From Neophaeotheca triangularis (Eukaryota), in the NCBI GenBank assembly GCA_054600435.1, contig BAAIJX010000001.1, forward strand, positions 620,001 to 684,000: a DNA stretch of 64,000 nucleotides. Reading direction: 5' to 3'. Under the pieces are notes generated by a model. That model had not been told where the DNA came from. It did no database searches and saw only the letters and a list, made by a program, of their open reading frames with translations. The position numbers and the translations under genes were made by a program. Positions 31,674 to 43,000 of the stretch are shown in pieces; position 1 is the first letter of the stretch; the number at the start of each line of letters is the position of its first letter.

Positions 31674-31700
<27 letters not shown>
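31673..31700. repeat. (CT)n microsatellite
   Basis: Visible ctctct run in the rrb1/spg1 intergenic region. Confidence 0.95.
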
Positions 31701-31704
<4 letters not shown>

Positions 31705-32059
31705 CCACCCAATTCTACTCTCCCTCTTGCTGCAGAACACCCTCAGGCGCATACTGCTACAGTACTGGCAGATCACTTCACACCCCGACTTGAGCGAGGA
31801 CACCGAAGAATCAAGGTCACAAAGAGGCTGAGGCGCTTACGGCTGGCGATTGTAAACATCCCACTGCGCTTATCCACAACTACACCACCGCAACTCAGTA
31901 TCCGTGCCGAAGAGTCGACACATTCGGCAGCATTCCGACACCCTGGTTGGAGACCGGGTCCCACAGCAGTCAAAGCCCCGTGTCTAGACGGGCGAATCTT
32001 CTCGGATAGCGCCCACGTACATTTGGAGACTTCATACTCTCTCGTGGAAACACTCCAAC

Positions 32060-33126
32060 ATGGACAACTACGGGCACCAGCAAGTCGGCGGCGGCAGTGA
32101 GAAACACACCCCCATTGACGACGCCAGCATGCACACCATCACCTCCTCGTCTCTCCAGCAATCAGCCGACCCGACATACGACCGCAGACCGCAAACCTCA
32201 TACTCCGACACCGGATTTACCCGTCCCTACACTTCGCAGTCCGCAGACAATACCCCTGAACATTACAAATCTTTCTCCCCCTCACCAAACCCGGACGTGC
32301 AGTCTCAGAACGGAGCTGGGCTTAGCAGGCCACCGTCAGGGCTGTCGCAAGGGCAGAGTGCGTATGGCAACCAGGCACAGAGCGAGGCAGCGCAACGGCA
32401 GCAGGCGCAGAAGAATGCGAGCGTGGTTATAAAAGTGGGAATGGTGGGAGATGCGCAGATTGGCAAGACAAGCTTGATGGTGAAGTACGTCGAGGGAAGC
32501 TGGGACGAAGACTACATACAAACACTGGGTACGCCTATACTGGCTGCATTAGAGAAGCAACGCCGCTCTTGGGGCTAACATCCATGCGCAGGCGTCAACT
32601 TCATGGAAAAGACCATCAGCATCCGAAACACCGAAATCACCTTCTCCATCTGGGATCTGGGAGGCCAACGAGAGTTTGTCAACATGCTTCCACTCGTCTG
32701 CAACGACGCTGTCGCCATTCTATTCATGTTTGACCTCACTCGCAAATCCACCCTCAACTCTATCAAGGAATGGTACCGCCAGGGTCGCGGCTTCAACAAA
32801 ACAGCAATCCCTTTCTTGGTAGGAACCAAATACGACCATTTCGTCAACTTCCCAAAAGAAGAGCAAGAGGAAATCAGTCTACAGGTTAGTAATAATCGAG
32901 CCCCGCATCCTCCCTAAGATCGCATGATACTTACTCTCAAAACGCGCAACAGGCCAAACGCTTTGCCAAAGCCATGAAAGCCAGCCTAATCTTCAGTTCC
33001 ACCAGCCACAGCATCAACGTGCAGAAAATCTTTAAAATCGTTCTGAGCAAAGCTTTCGACTTGCGCTGTACGATCCCAGAGATTGAGCACGTCGGCGAGC
33101 CGCTGCTCTTGTACCAGAGCGTTTGA
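32060..33126 (+). CDS. SPG1: septum-promoting GTPase Spg1/Tem1; exons 32060-32528, 32592-32884, 32953-33126
   Basis: [49 protein letters not shown]-terminal [10 protein letters not shown]. Confidence 0.95.
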
Positions 33127-33632
33127 GCAGCCAGTCATCACACTGGAGGTATGAAAACATGGCGTTTATTTCATGCATCGATGGGGCATCGTCATTATAT
33201 GCCACCGTGGCGGATCCCGCGATGAGGAGAGGTCTGAGGCTGGAGACGAATACACGAGCGAGACGATCAAGACGAAAGATAGGGGGGCGTGATTCGGGCT
33301 TTATCAAGTTTTCTTTTTGTGTTTTTCACAAGCTCGGCGACTGGCGTTTCGACGAAATCACGCATGCTGCATCCGAGTGGAAGCGCGCTCGCATAGCTGG
33401 GGCTTCGAGAGCTCACAGATAGTTTCCAAGGAACGATTGTATCCAGAACTTTTGATCTCACTCGTGATCCGTTGGCGTGACGCACTAGAGGTTTTTAATG
33501 CCACGCAGATAGAGCGGTATAACATTACCTCCTCCGCTCTCTCAGAGCCGAAAGATTCCACTTCTCCCTCATCCCAGCTCCCTCCGCCAACCCTCAACTT
33601 CAACCCTTCCCACTATCGCCTACGTCCTTCAC

Positions 33633-34706
33633 TCATAAAGCAACCCTCCTCCCACTCCGACTACTCTCGACCGCGGCTTCAATGATCCTCAGCACCGCCG
33701 CGGCCTCCTCAGCCCTGACGGGTACCTCGCCCTCTCCATTCAACGCTCCAACAAACCGCCTATAGAATTCCACATAAGTCGGAGGGGGCATCACAGTTGG
33801 CAGCCTGCTAACCTCCAATCCCTTCTCCCCGACCCTCGCCAGCGTGGCATAATGCCCCTCAGGCTCAATCCCGTAGCCAGAATCTCCAGGCCTAAGCCCC
33901 GCTTTGAGCTGATCCTCCTGCACGTCCAGATGGTTCTTACGGAAACTGCCTTTCGTGCCGCGCACCCAGTACCGTAATTGTTCGGGCTCGGGGCTCACGA
34001 CGCCCGCTTTGGCCGTCACGAGCATTCCCGTCTCGTACTGCAGTAGCACGGTGCAACTGTCCGGCGAGCCGCCTTGGACGCCACGTCGTTGGTTTCCCAC
34101 GAACCCCGTTACGGTCTGCGGCATGCCGAAAGAATGGTAGACTTGGTCGAGCAGGTGCACGCCGAGGTCATAGGCAGCGCCTGTCGCGGGAGCGCCTTGA
34201 GTTTTCCATGAATCCGGCGGAGGGTCAGGGCGGTGGCGGTCGAAGTGCGTTTCGAATTCGGCGATTTCACCTAGGCTGCCTGCTTCGAGCACTTGACGGA
34301 GGGTCTGGTAGTCGCTGTCCCAGCGTCTGTTTTGGTAGACCGCGAGTTTCTTGCCGGTTTTGTGGGCGACGGCTGCGAGTTCTTGCGCTTCGGCTGAGGT
34401 GGGCACGAAGGGTTTCTCGACAACGCAGTGTTTGCCTGCTTCGAGGCTGGCTTTGGTCATTTCGAAGTGGGTTTCCGGGACGGTGGTGAGGACTACAACG
34501 TCCACGGCTGGATCGGTGTAGACTTCGTCGATGGAGCGGTAGGACTTGACGCCTGGATGGTCATTGGAGCAGTCGTCGTCGGGTTTTGGATTGCGTTGTA
34601 CGATGCCGTAGAGGTTGAGGTCTGGAATCGGGAGGATGAAGGGAATGTGGAAGATCTTGGCTGAGAGGCCGTAGCCTACTACAGCTACATTGTAGGATTT
34701 GGACAT
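33633..34706 (-). CDS. Gfo/Idh/MocA family NAD(P)-dependent oxidoreductase
   Basis: VAVVGYGLSAKIFH Rossmann start, HCVVEKP, YQNRRWDSDY, DLGVHLLDQ. Confidence 0.92.
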   Translation of the reverse strand: MSKSYNVAVVGYGLSAKIFHIPFILPIPDLNLYGIVQRNPKPDDDCSNDHPGVKSYRSIDEVYTDPAVDVVVLTTVPETHFEMTKASLEAGKHCVVEKPFVPTSAEAQELAAVAHKTGKKLAVYQNRRWDSDYQTLRQVLEAGSLGEIAEFETHFDRHRPDPPPDSWKTQGAPATGAAYDLGVHLLDQVYHSFGMPQTVTGFVGNQRRGVQGGSPDSCTVLLQYETGMLVTAKAGVVSPEPEQLRYWVRGTKGSFRKNHLDVQEDQLKAGLRPGDSGYGIEPEGHYATLARVGEKGLEVSRLPTVMPPPTYVEFYRRFVGALNGEGEVPVRAEEAAAVLRIIEAAVESSRSGRRVAL

Positions 34707-34980
34707 TGTGCGAGCGCCGGTGGTTGATTGATGTGTGTGACTGTCTTTACGTCGGGTCAGAAGAGAGTACTCATGTAGGTACCTAAATAGTATGTCCAGC
34801 CAGCACTTCGGCTCCAAGCAAATGTCGTGGTGGGGCACCGCAAGTGCAGACGGTTGGCGGGCAAGGCGGGGTTGGAGCGTGGGGTCCAGCTTCGTGGGAG
34901 AGAGAGGCCTGAGCGTGCCTGAGGCCGTCGGAATGGAGCCGAGAAAGGCAAGACTTCCCGCGACCTCATGCCTTCCACTT

Positions 34981-36557
34981 TCAGCCTACTAGAGTGTTTC
35001 TCCTAGTCCTCTCGCCCCTCAAATCTTTCCTACCAACGACAGCTTCCAATGCCTGCGTCAATGCTTTTGCGTCGTACCTGGCGGCGCCTGTCCCACTCTC
35101 TTCCTTGCGCCCGTACATTCGAAGCGATTCGATGCCCATCTCCGTGAACAGATCTTTGTCCAACCTGGGCGAAGCTGGATTCTCCAGATAAATAACATGG
35201 GTGACATACTTCCAATATTCTTCCGGCGCTGGCCTGACAAGCCCTCGCGACTCAGCGCACGCGGATGCAATGGCTGCGACAAAGTCGAGCGCTGTAAAAG
35301 GCGATGCTGCTGGGCCAGTTTCACGGTCGTTTGTCCCGTTCAGGATTAAGATCTTGCTTCTCACTAGAGGTGATGCGATTGCGTCGCCTACACCCCGAAT
35401 GACTAGAGAAGGCACGATTGACGTGAACAGCGAGCCGATACTGTAAATGACACACGAGCTAGTGTTGAGGGCATCAACCACTCGCGGGTTCGCAGGCATG
35501 GGAATCTCCTGGCCGTAGGGGCTGATGTACCATAGTCGCTCGATTCGAGACGGCAAGTCTTCTTCGTCTGCTTTCGAGAACGCGATGGCGGGCTTTCTTA
35601 GAGTTGGCAGAGTCCCTGGTAGATTTGCGTCTTCCACTTTATCCTGCTCTTCGGTTTCTTGACGCAGCAGGCTGGCAGGCGAGCTGGGAGGCTCTGGGAC
35701 AGCGTGCGTGGGCTCGCTGGGGTGACTGATGTTGTTCTGACCCGTAATGACTGTGCCGTCCGCCAGCCCAACGGCAATGTGACATGCGAAGTTGGTGCTT
35801 AAGGCTGGTAAGACCGAAACTGAACTGGGTACACCACAAATGCTCGACAGCAAGTAGACCGCTGCCTCAAAGCTGCCGGTGAACAGTCGTGCCCTATCGA
35901 TGTAGTCAGTACTGCCTTGATCATCGCAATTGAAGAACCAACCCTGTCAAAAAGAGGTTACCAATGCTAGCCCCCGAAAAGTCGAAGCGACTCGTTGGTC
36001 TGACCCTTTTGACAATCTCAAGATTGATTGTGTTCAGGAAGCTTCGAATGAGCTCCCTCTTCGGCGTCGAAATATCGCGCCAGATGGGGTGAACGGCCTC
36101 AACAATGTCGAGCCATTCTGCACGGGCGGCAGCGTAGTTGTCCCTTGGGAGGCGGTGGTTGAAAAAGTGCTTGATAGCTGCAGCTTCTGGACCGTCTTCC
36201 GGAATCAGACGGACAAGACGTGACCTGACATCTCCAATTCCTGTGGATGCATGTCAGTTTACGTATTCTTTGTTTCGTGGAGTTTCAAGGATCTCCCGAC
36301 ACACCAGGACCTCCAAATACACGTATCAGCTCACTGGAGCTCCCTCCGTTGTCTGAGATTGGAATCACATAACTGAGTTTCTTCTTGCGCCCCTCCGCCA
36401 CATCATGAAATACATCGACGAGACTGTTAGCTGCGCTTCCACCAGAGAAGACGACTATGCCGTTTCGATCTCTTGAAGGGGACGAGGCGCGTGCCTGGGC
36501 TGATTCGGCAGGGATGTGCAGTAGAGGCGCAAACCCCTCTTGAGCCGCGTTCGTCAT
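34981..36557 (-). CDS. UPF0052/CofD-related protein; exons about 36557-36305, 36240-35943, 35893-34981
   Basis: IVVFSGGSAAN, ISDNGGSSSEL, GIGDVRSRL, SIGNLFLTGAR, GQNNISHP, IYSIGSLFTSIVP after splicing two short introns. Confidence 0.88.
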
Positions 36558-36953
36558 GGTTAACTCTTATTACATATCACACGATGGTATCACTGCAAAG
36601 GATGAAGCAGACCATGAGGGAATCATTCGAATATGTACTGTCGGTGTTGTCGAAGGGCAGCGGCATTGTTTACTGACGGCTTCACAGACTGGGCAAGCGG
36701 CTTACGCTAACAAGCTTCGCAATGGCTGAGCGGTATGTACAAATACGGCAACGACGCCGCTACAGGAAACCTATCAAGGCTGATTGCGTGTTTCCCAATA
36801 CGCCATGTAGAAAGCAAACCATAATCCCCCCTCATGACAGACTCTTTCTTATTCGGCAGGCCTCGTATCTTGGCACAAAGGGAGCCCTCCACTGGTCCAG
36901 CATCCTCATCCTACCTCACTCCTGCCCTCCACCCCGTACAGCTCCAAGATAGT

Positions 36954-37380
36954 TTACGCAGCAGCAGTAGTCTCAACAGCGCCCTCCTTCACGCCGGCAC
37001 CCCTCTCAACCACAACCCTCGGGCTAGCGAACAAACCCTCCTCAGTCTTCTGCGCAAGGGTTCCGCTCTCGAAACCACCCTCTCTCTCAGCCCTCCTTCG
37101 CCTCTTCTCCAACAGTCTGTCCCTCGTAGCGGTCAAGTAGCGCATCTGATTGTCCTCAACGCCCTGCAGCCAGTATCCGAAGCTTGCGCCGATGCCGCCG
37201 TAGATGGGGTAGGCCCAGAGCTGTTCGCGCATGAAGAAGGGACGCATCTCGATACCGAGTTGCCATAGTCGGACGGCGATGCCTGTAGCGTTGTGTCAGA
37301 AGCTATCTCATGTTATCGGGACTTCTTTCAGCATTGGGCTATGTACCGAAGCCGGACCAGAAGAGGATCTTGTGGACCAT
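36954..37380 (-). CDS. NADH:ubiquinone oxidoreductase accessory subunit (about 14 kDa, NDUFC2/B14.5b-like); exons 37380-37347, 37282-36954
   Basis: Spliced product MVHKILFWSGFGIAVRLWQLGIEMRPFF...WAYPIYGGIGASFGYWL...LLEKRRRR. Confidence 0.85.
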
Positions 37381-37696
37381 TGTGCGCGGTGGAGAGGCTC
37401 AATCTAGGGTTTCGTGGTTGCAGCTAATTGTCCAGCATTTAATATGTCGCGTCTAGCAGATTGACAGGACGTGCGGTTGTCGAAGGGCTGTACTGTCTGT
37501 TTGAGTTGCTTGTAGTGGGTTGCACAAGACAGTCCCTCCGGGTGATCGCTTGCCAAGCCTTCGTCGGGTTTACCTCGGTAGATCTCAAACGCGTCCGCCG
37601 ACCTCACTTCCAGGTGCATTGGATCCATGGATGTCAATCTACTCTACCTATTTACTCTTCACTCCAGAACGTCAAATCTATCTTCCTTGTCGCGCA

Positions 37697-39637
37697 ATGG
37701 CGGCGACTCAAGAAAATGTCGCCATGGGCGGAACCGACGACTTCACACTACCACCACGGAAGAAACCAAAAGTGTCGGAGCTCCCTCTGTCTTCCGCGCA
37801 ACGCTCTTCGATCGACGGCATGCTTCACACGTTCAAGAAGAAAGGCGAATTTGACGGTTTGCGCAAGAAGACGTTCCAGCAATACAATGAGAGCGCACAG
37901 CGCGGCATGTTCGAAGCCTCGTTGCGTAACTTCACCGGTAGCGAAATCGAACGCGATGCTGTCAAATACCTCAAGCCAGACCGACGTATTGCTGCACCGC
38001 TGCTTGAGGGTGCTGCGGCTAGAGCCGAAGTGTACTTGAGGACTGAGGAAGACGTCGACAAATACCTTGCTGGCTACCTTGCAGACGCGGAGAGGAAGTT
38101 GAGAGCGATTCGGGTTACAGAGATAGGCGAGGAGGCTGCAGCGGAGGAACAAAGAAAAGGTGTGATCAGCGATGAGGTCTACGAGGAGGAGGCTGAGGTG
38201 CGCAGACAGCAGCGTGCCAAGAAGTTCGCGGAAGATCAAAAGAAGAAGAAGAAACAGGAGGCTCAGGAGCGCAAGAAGAAGGAGTTGGAAGCTTTGAAGA
38301 AGAAGCAGGAAGCGCTGATGCAGGAGACTGAGCGTCTTCAGCGCGATCAGAAAAGGCGCGCTGAACGTGAGGCTTGGAAACAGGCGGAGAAGGAGAAGGA
38401 GAAGGAGCGCATTCGACTATTCAACGAGAAGCGTGAACGTGAGAAGAAGGAGCAGGAAGAGAAAGAGAAGGCCATAGCGGAGGAAAAGCTGAAGCGTGAA
38501 AAGGAACGTGAGGCACAGGAACAGAAACGCTTGGAGGAAGAGGCTTTGGAGTTGCTACTACAGGAGGGCAAGCGCACGGCAGAAAAGTCGAGAAGGCCAG
38601 AGTACGAGAGAAGCGAAAGCATGGAGCCTCCTCCCCGACTGAACCGTGGACCCAGCAACAGCACTCATCGGGATGAACTGCGCGCTCAAGGCCTGATGCC
38701 CACGTCGATGTCACTTCGCAAGTCCGGCAGCAGGCCTAGCATGTCCGCTGTTGACGACTCTGAGCCTGCGCCCTCTGCCGACGATCGGCACAGAGCTTCT
38801 CGCATGCGATCTCCATCACCGGGCCGCTCGTCCTACACCCGGCGACATGAGTCTTCTGCGCGTGACGATGACCGTCGCTCCTCATACCGCAAGGAAACCA
38901 GTTACAGGGACTCGCTCGCTACTCGGCCAACAAGTCGAGACCGCGGTGGAGAGGAAGGCGAAGTGGTCGAGCGCCCTTCGACGCGGGCTCGCAGTAGGTC
39001 CGCCGATCGCGACTCCTACCGTGGTCGCCGCTACGAATCCCGCTCCCCTCCTCGCAGGAGAGACCGCAGCCGTGTCCGCTCGCCTCCACGCCGTGCTTCG
39101 TACCGCGAGAGAGATTACAGTCCAGCTCCCCGAGAGCGCCGCCGTCGTAGCCGCAGCCGAAGCCCCGCTGGAATCGACCGGTACATCCCAGGAGGCGGCT
39201 CCGGCGCTGCAACCGGCACTGTGCGCAGAAGTCGGGACGACGACTACGGCCGTGACCGCGACAGAGAGCGCGAGACTGGCAGAGAGCGTGAACGGGATAG
39301 GGACGAGCGCCAGCCCTACAGAGCCAGCGACAAGATCGACCGTGAGCGTGACGACCGCGACCGCGACCGCGACAGGGAGAGAGCCCGCTACCGCGAAAGA
39401 GAGGACGATCGTAGGACCTCGACCAGAGACGACGACCGCAGACGCTCGACGCGTTACGACGACCGCCCTAAGCCCATGGAGATTGATCGGTATGTTCCAG
39501 GTGGCGGTGGTGGTGGCAGGGGCGATGCACCGGCATCGAGGCCTGCGCGGAGAGAGCGAAGCCCTGAGAATGAAAGAACTGGCGCTGGTGCGAGGGATCG
39601 GAGCAGGGAGAAGGAGCGGAAGAATGATGGCAAGTGA
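37697..39637 (+). CDS. BOD1/Shg1-domain protein (COMPASS-associated-like) with coiled coil and RS/RD-rich tail
   Basis: FKKKGEFDGLRKK and AAPLLEGAAAR motifs of the Shg1/BOD1 domain; long E/K coil; Arg-Asp/Arg-Ser repeats. Confidence 0.78.
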   Translation: MAATQENVAMGGTDDFTLPPRKKPKVSELPLSSAQRSSIDGMLHTFKKKGEFDGLRKKTFQQYNESAQRGMFEASLRNFTGSEIERDAVKYLKPDRRIAAPLLEGAAARAEVYLRTEEDVDKYLAGYLADAERKLRAIRVTEIGEEAAAEEQRKGVISDEVYEEEAEVRRQQRAKKFAEDQKKKKKQEAQERKKKELEALKKKQEALMQETERLQRDQKRRAEREAWKQAEKEKEKERIRLFNEKREREKKEQEEKEKAIAEEKLKREKEREAQEQKRLEEEALELLLQEGKRTAEKSRRPEYERSESMEPPPRLNRGPSNSTHRDELRAQGLMPTSMSLRKSGSRPSMSAVDDSEPAPSADDRHRASRMRSPSPGRSSYTRRHESSARDDDRRSSYRKETSYRDSLATRPTSRDRGGEEGEVVERPSTRARSRSADRDSYRGRRYESRSPPRRRDRSRVRSPPRRASYRERDYSPAPRERRRRSRSRSPAGIDRYIPGGGSGAATGTVRRSRDDDYGRDRDRERETGRERERDRDERQPYRASDKIDRERDDRDRDRDRERARYREREDDRRTSTRDDDRRRSTRYDDRPKPMEIDRYVPGGGGGGRGDAPASRPARRERSPENERTGAGARDRSREKERKNDGK

Positions 39638-40011
39638 GACCGGATGGACTAACGTTGATTTAGTTGGGAGCGATATTATAGGAGCTTACACTATGGAAGG
39701 ATGATGCGAGAATGGTGATTGTTGGCGGCACGTGCCCATCGTGAGCTCCAGCAGCAAAGAGACTTAACTGCTTAAGCCGGTGGTAATGAATGGAGCAGAC
39801 GAGGTGGCTCGCTGGAAAGCTTCGGCAGCAGCGCAGAGAATTTCTGGCCAAGCAAATGGGATGGCAAGGGCTGCAGCCAATGCTGCACGCTAAACGGCGG
39901 CATGTACCATTATGCCACACTATTTAACAAAACCATGAGAAGCGAGAAACGTTCGCTCGTCCCAAAACCCGAGCTCCTCGCTAAAAGCTAGCAAAAAAGT
40001 TATAACAACGC

Positions 40012-43000
40012 TCAGTAATAAGCAGACCACCCAGCAAACAGTGTAGCAAGATTCTTCTCATCCGTCGCCTGCTGAATCAACTCATTTACGGTAGCACTCG
40101 TACTCAGCGTCTTACTCAGCTTCTTCTCCACCACACTCAACGCCCTCTCCGCCTCGCCGGCCTCCTGCTCCGTGCCCCAACTGCCAGCCTTCACAGCCTC
40201 CCCGGGCCTGGGCACGCCCCCGGCGGCATTCGTATCTTCCGCCGCGTCCTGCATCCGCTTCGCTCGCAGCGGCGACATGGACCACTCGTACAGCGGGTCG
40301 TAGCGCAGCACGTTCAGCAGCGTCATGATGGAGTCCTTGTCTTGGCGCAGTGCGTCCATGGTGAACTCGCAGCAGCGGCGGAAAACGCCCTCAGTCTGCG
40401 TGACGCCCATACCATCCACAATGTCTCGCGTCAGGCGGAACGGCACGTTTTCCGGGATGGGGAGGACACGGCCGGCTTCGAAGGCGACGCCCAGGTCGAT
40501 GTGGATGACGTCGCCCTTTTCCTCGTCGAGCAGGATGTTGTGGCAGTGTCGGTCGCCGAGGCCGAGTACGTAGCCGAGGATGGAGATGGCTGCTGTCGTG
40601 CGTGTGTAGGCGGTGCGTTTTTGGAACCACTCGTCTGGGTCGTCAAAGCGCTCGAGGAAGAAGTGCCGCATGACTGGATGCAGGTTGTCGGTGATTTTGC
40701 GGAAGGTTTTGATGCGGGTTTCGATGGAATCTTTCTCGACTTTTCGGATTGAGTTGCGGGCTTCGTCGTTTTTGACGTCCGTCGGATAGTATTTCTTGTG
40801 GGCGGGTGCGAGGTAGTCGTTGATGGGCATCGAGTTGGCCACGAACTCGATGATGCCGGATTGGGTGGAGAGGGGGATGACTTTGTAGGTTCGGATGTGC
40901 AGGTTGCGTTGCTGTGTCGCCTTATGATCCTGTAGCATCTTGCTCACTTCTTCGAAGACTTGCTCCATGATTGCATCCTGGCGGAGGTCGTCGTTCCCGC
41001 TCTTGAAAAGAGCGCGCTGTTGCTTGCCGTCGGAGGAAGTAATTGTGAGAACCATGGGTGTACTGAGACCGTTCATTACTAAGACGTTACTGCTCACGCG
41101 TGTGAACAAGGGGGTATCGCTGTAGTCTCCATTTGGTCGTAGGGCCATGGGGACTGTAGGAGGTGGCAGCTGCATTTGAGGCACTTTCTTTGATATCTCC
41201 AGAGCTGGTGGGACGGTTGCCAATTGGACCTTGTTCCCCTTTCGTTTATCGTCAAGTTCATATTTGGCGAGCTTGTGGTACATGTTGTCGGCGGCGAACC
41301 AGTTCTGCATGAGCTGCTGCTTGCTTTGAATGTTAAACAACTCCGTGCGGATAGTTGCAGCAGCGTTGGCCCGCGAAGTCGCCGTTTCTTCTTTTGCGGG
41401 TGGACGTCTGGTGGCCGCAAACAGATGGTGCAGGCTATGGTAGGGATGCTCTGCCATGATACGAGAAAGGAGGCCCCTGAGCGCCGATTGAAACGTTGAA
41501 GGCTCGTCTTTGAGTCGCGATATTAGTTGGTTCATCAGCAGCACGAACTTCCAGCTTGCGACGAAGGGGAGATACTTCGATACAATGCCGTTTGCTTCAG
41601 ACATGTCGGCATTCTCCAGCCACAAAGCGAAGAAGCGAAGAGCGCAAATATTATGGTCGTCCGAAGCTTGCAGGGCGTGTAGGTAGTTTTGCAAGCTCTG
41701 CTGGGCGAACGCCTTCCTGCTCTTCAGAAGTCGCTGATATTCGGCATCGTCGAGGTTGAACCATTGCCGGGTCTTGCTCGCCTCGCGTTGTAGAGTTTGC
41801 TTCTCGTGACTTCTCTTTGCCCCTTTTTCTAGCTCCTCGATGTCCATTAACTCTGCTTTTTTCTGCTCGCGTAGCCTCGCAATCCGCCTGAAGTCTTCAA
41901 GGTTTCCAGGGTTCTGCAGTTGCTGATCACAGAAGTTGGCGAATTCGAAGAAAACTTCGCCAGCTTCTTGGCCTTCCCTTCTGTTCCCCAAGTGCTCGAT
42001 TGCGCGCTTCAAAATGTCGTTCATGATGATCTCCGGTTTCTCTAAGCGTGCGTTTGCGAGTTGATGACCCACCTGAGCCATGATGCCAGACCTCCCGACT
42101 GGTACTGTCTGCTTCTCGATATCTTTCATGGCTAGAACCTCTCTCAACAGGCTCACAGAAGCGGCAGCCTCACCATGACCCCACAGAACTTTGGCAACCT
42201 CGGACTTTGCTGCGGCTTCTACTTGCATGCCCATTTGGTTGCAATCGAGCGCCAGGTCGCTGACGTGTGTTGCCGCAGAAAGTGCATCTTGCAGTCGACC
42301 ACTCTTTCTTGCCAACTCTGATACGCTCAGAAGAGCCTTCACCTGCAGGACACGACAGGTCTTCGGGCTCAAGTGTAGGGCGTCAAGAATGCTGCGGTTC
42401 TGGCCAAGCGCTCCGAACAGAGCCGGCCTGTTTGTTGCGAGCTCCTCAAAGTCTTCAAATTTAGATAGCTGCATCCAACTTTGCCTCAAGGCCATTTTTG
42501 CCCAGAGCGACCGGGATTGATCCTCTCCAGGAAGACGCAAAACTTCGGTCATTTCGGTAAGAGAAGCAAGCGTGGAGAAAAAAGCTGAAGACAGTGTGCG
42601 ACCCTGCTGATCAGTCATTTGGCCAAGCAGCGGTTGAATTAGGTCGTTCTCAACCGTAGCTTGTAGCGGCGACAACTGCGATGCACGGCTGATCTCTTGT
42701 AGTGCGCGAAAAGAAGCGATCATGGTATCTTCTGCTTCAGTATCTACGACAGTAACGTCCCATTGCTGCAACTTTTTCGCTGCACTAAGCATCTGCCCAG
42801 AAGACGCTGGTTGTCCGAGCTTGCCAGACAGGATAGCGAAGGTCACACTACTGAGGCCCAAGGTCGCCAATGAGTGAGTCATGCCGGCTCCGTCCACCGT
42901 ACTTGATGAATGTGTCGACTGCATGCGGCTGTCCATTTGTGCGGATCGAAACATAAGACTTTTCAAGCCATCGCCTTCGTAGTCCAATCGCTCTAACACA

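Noticed and set aside
38751..39704. 317-aa alternative-frame ORF
   Set aside because: Frame shadow of the repetitive RS/RD tail of the Shg1-domain gene.
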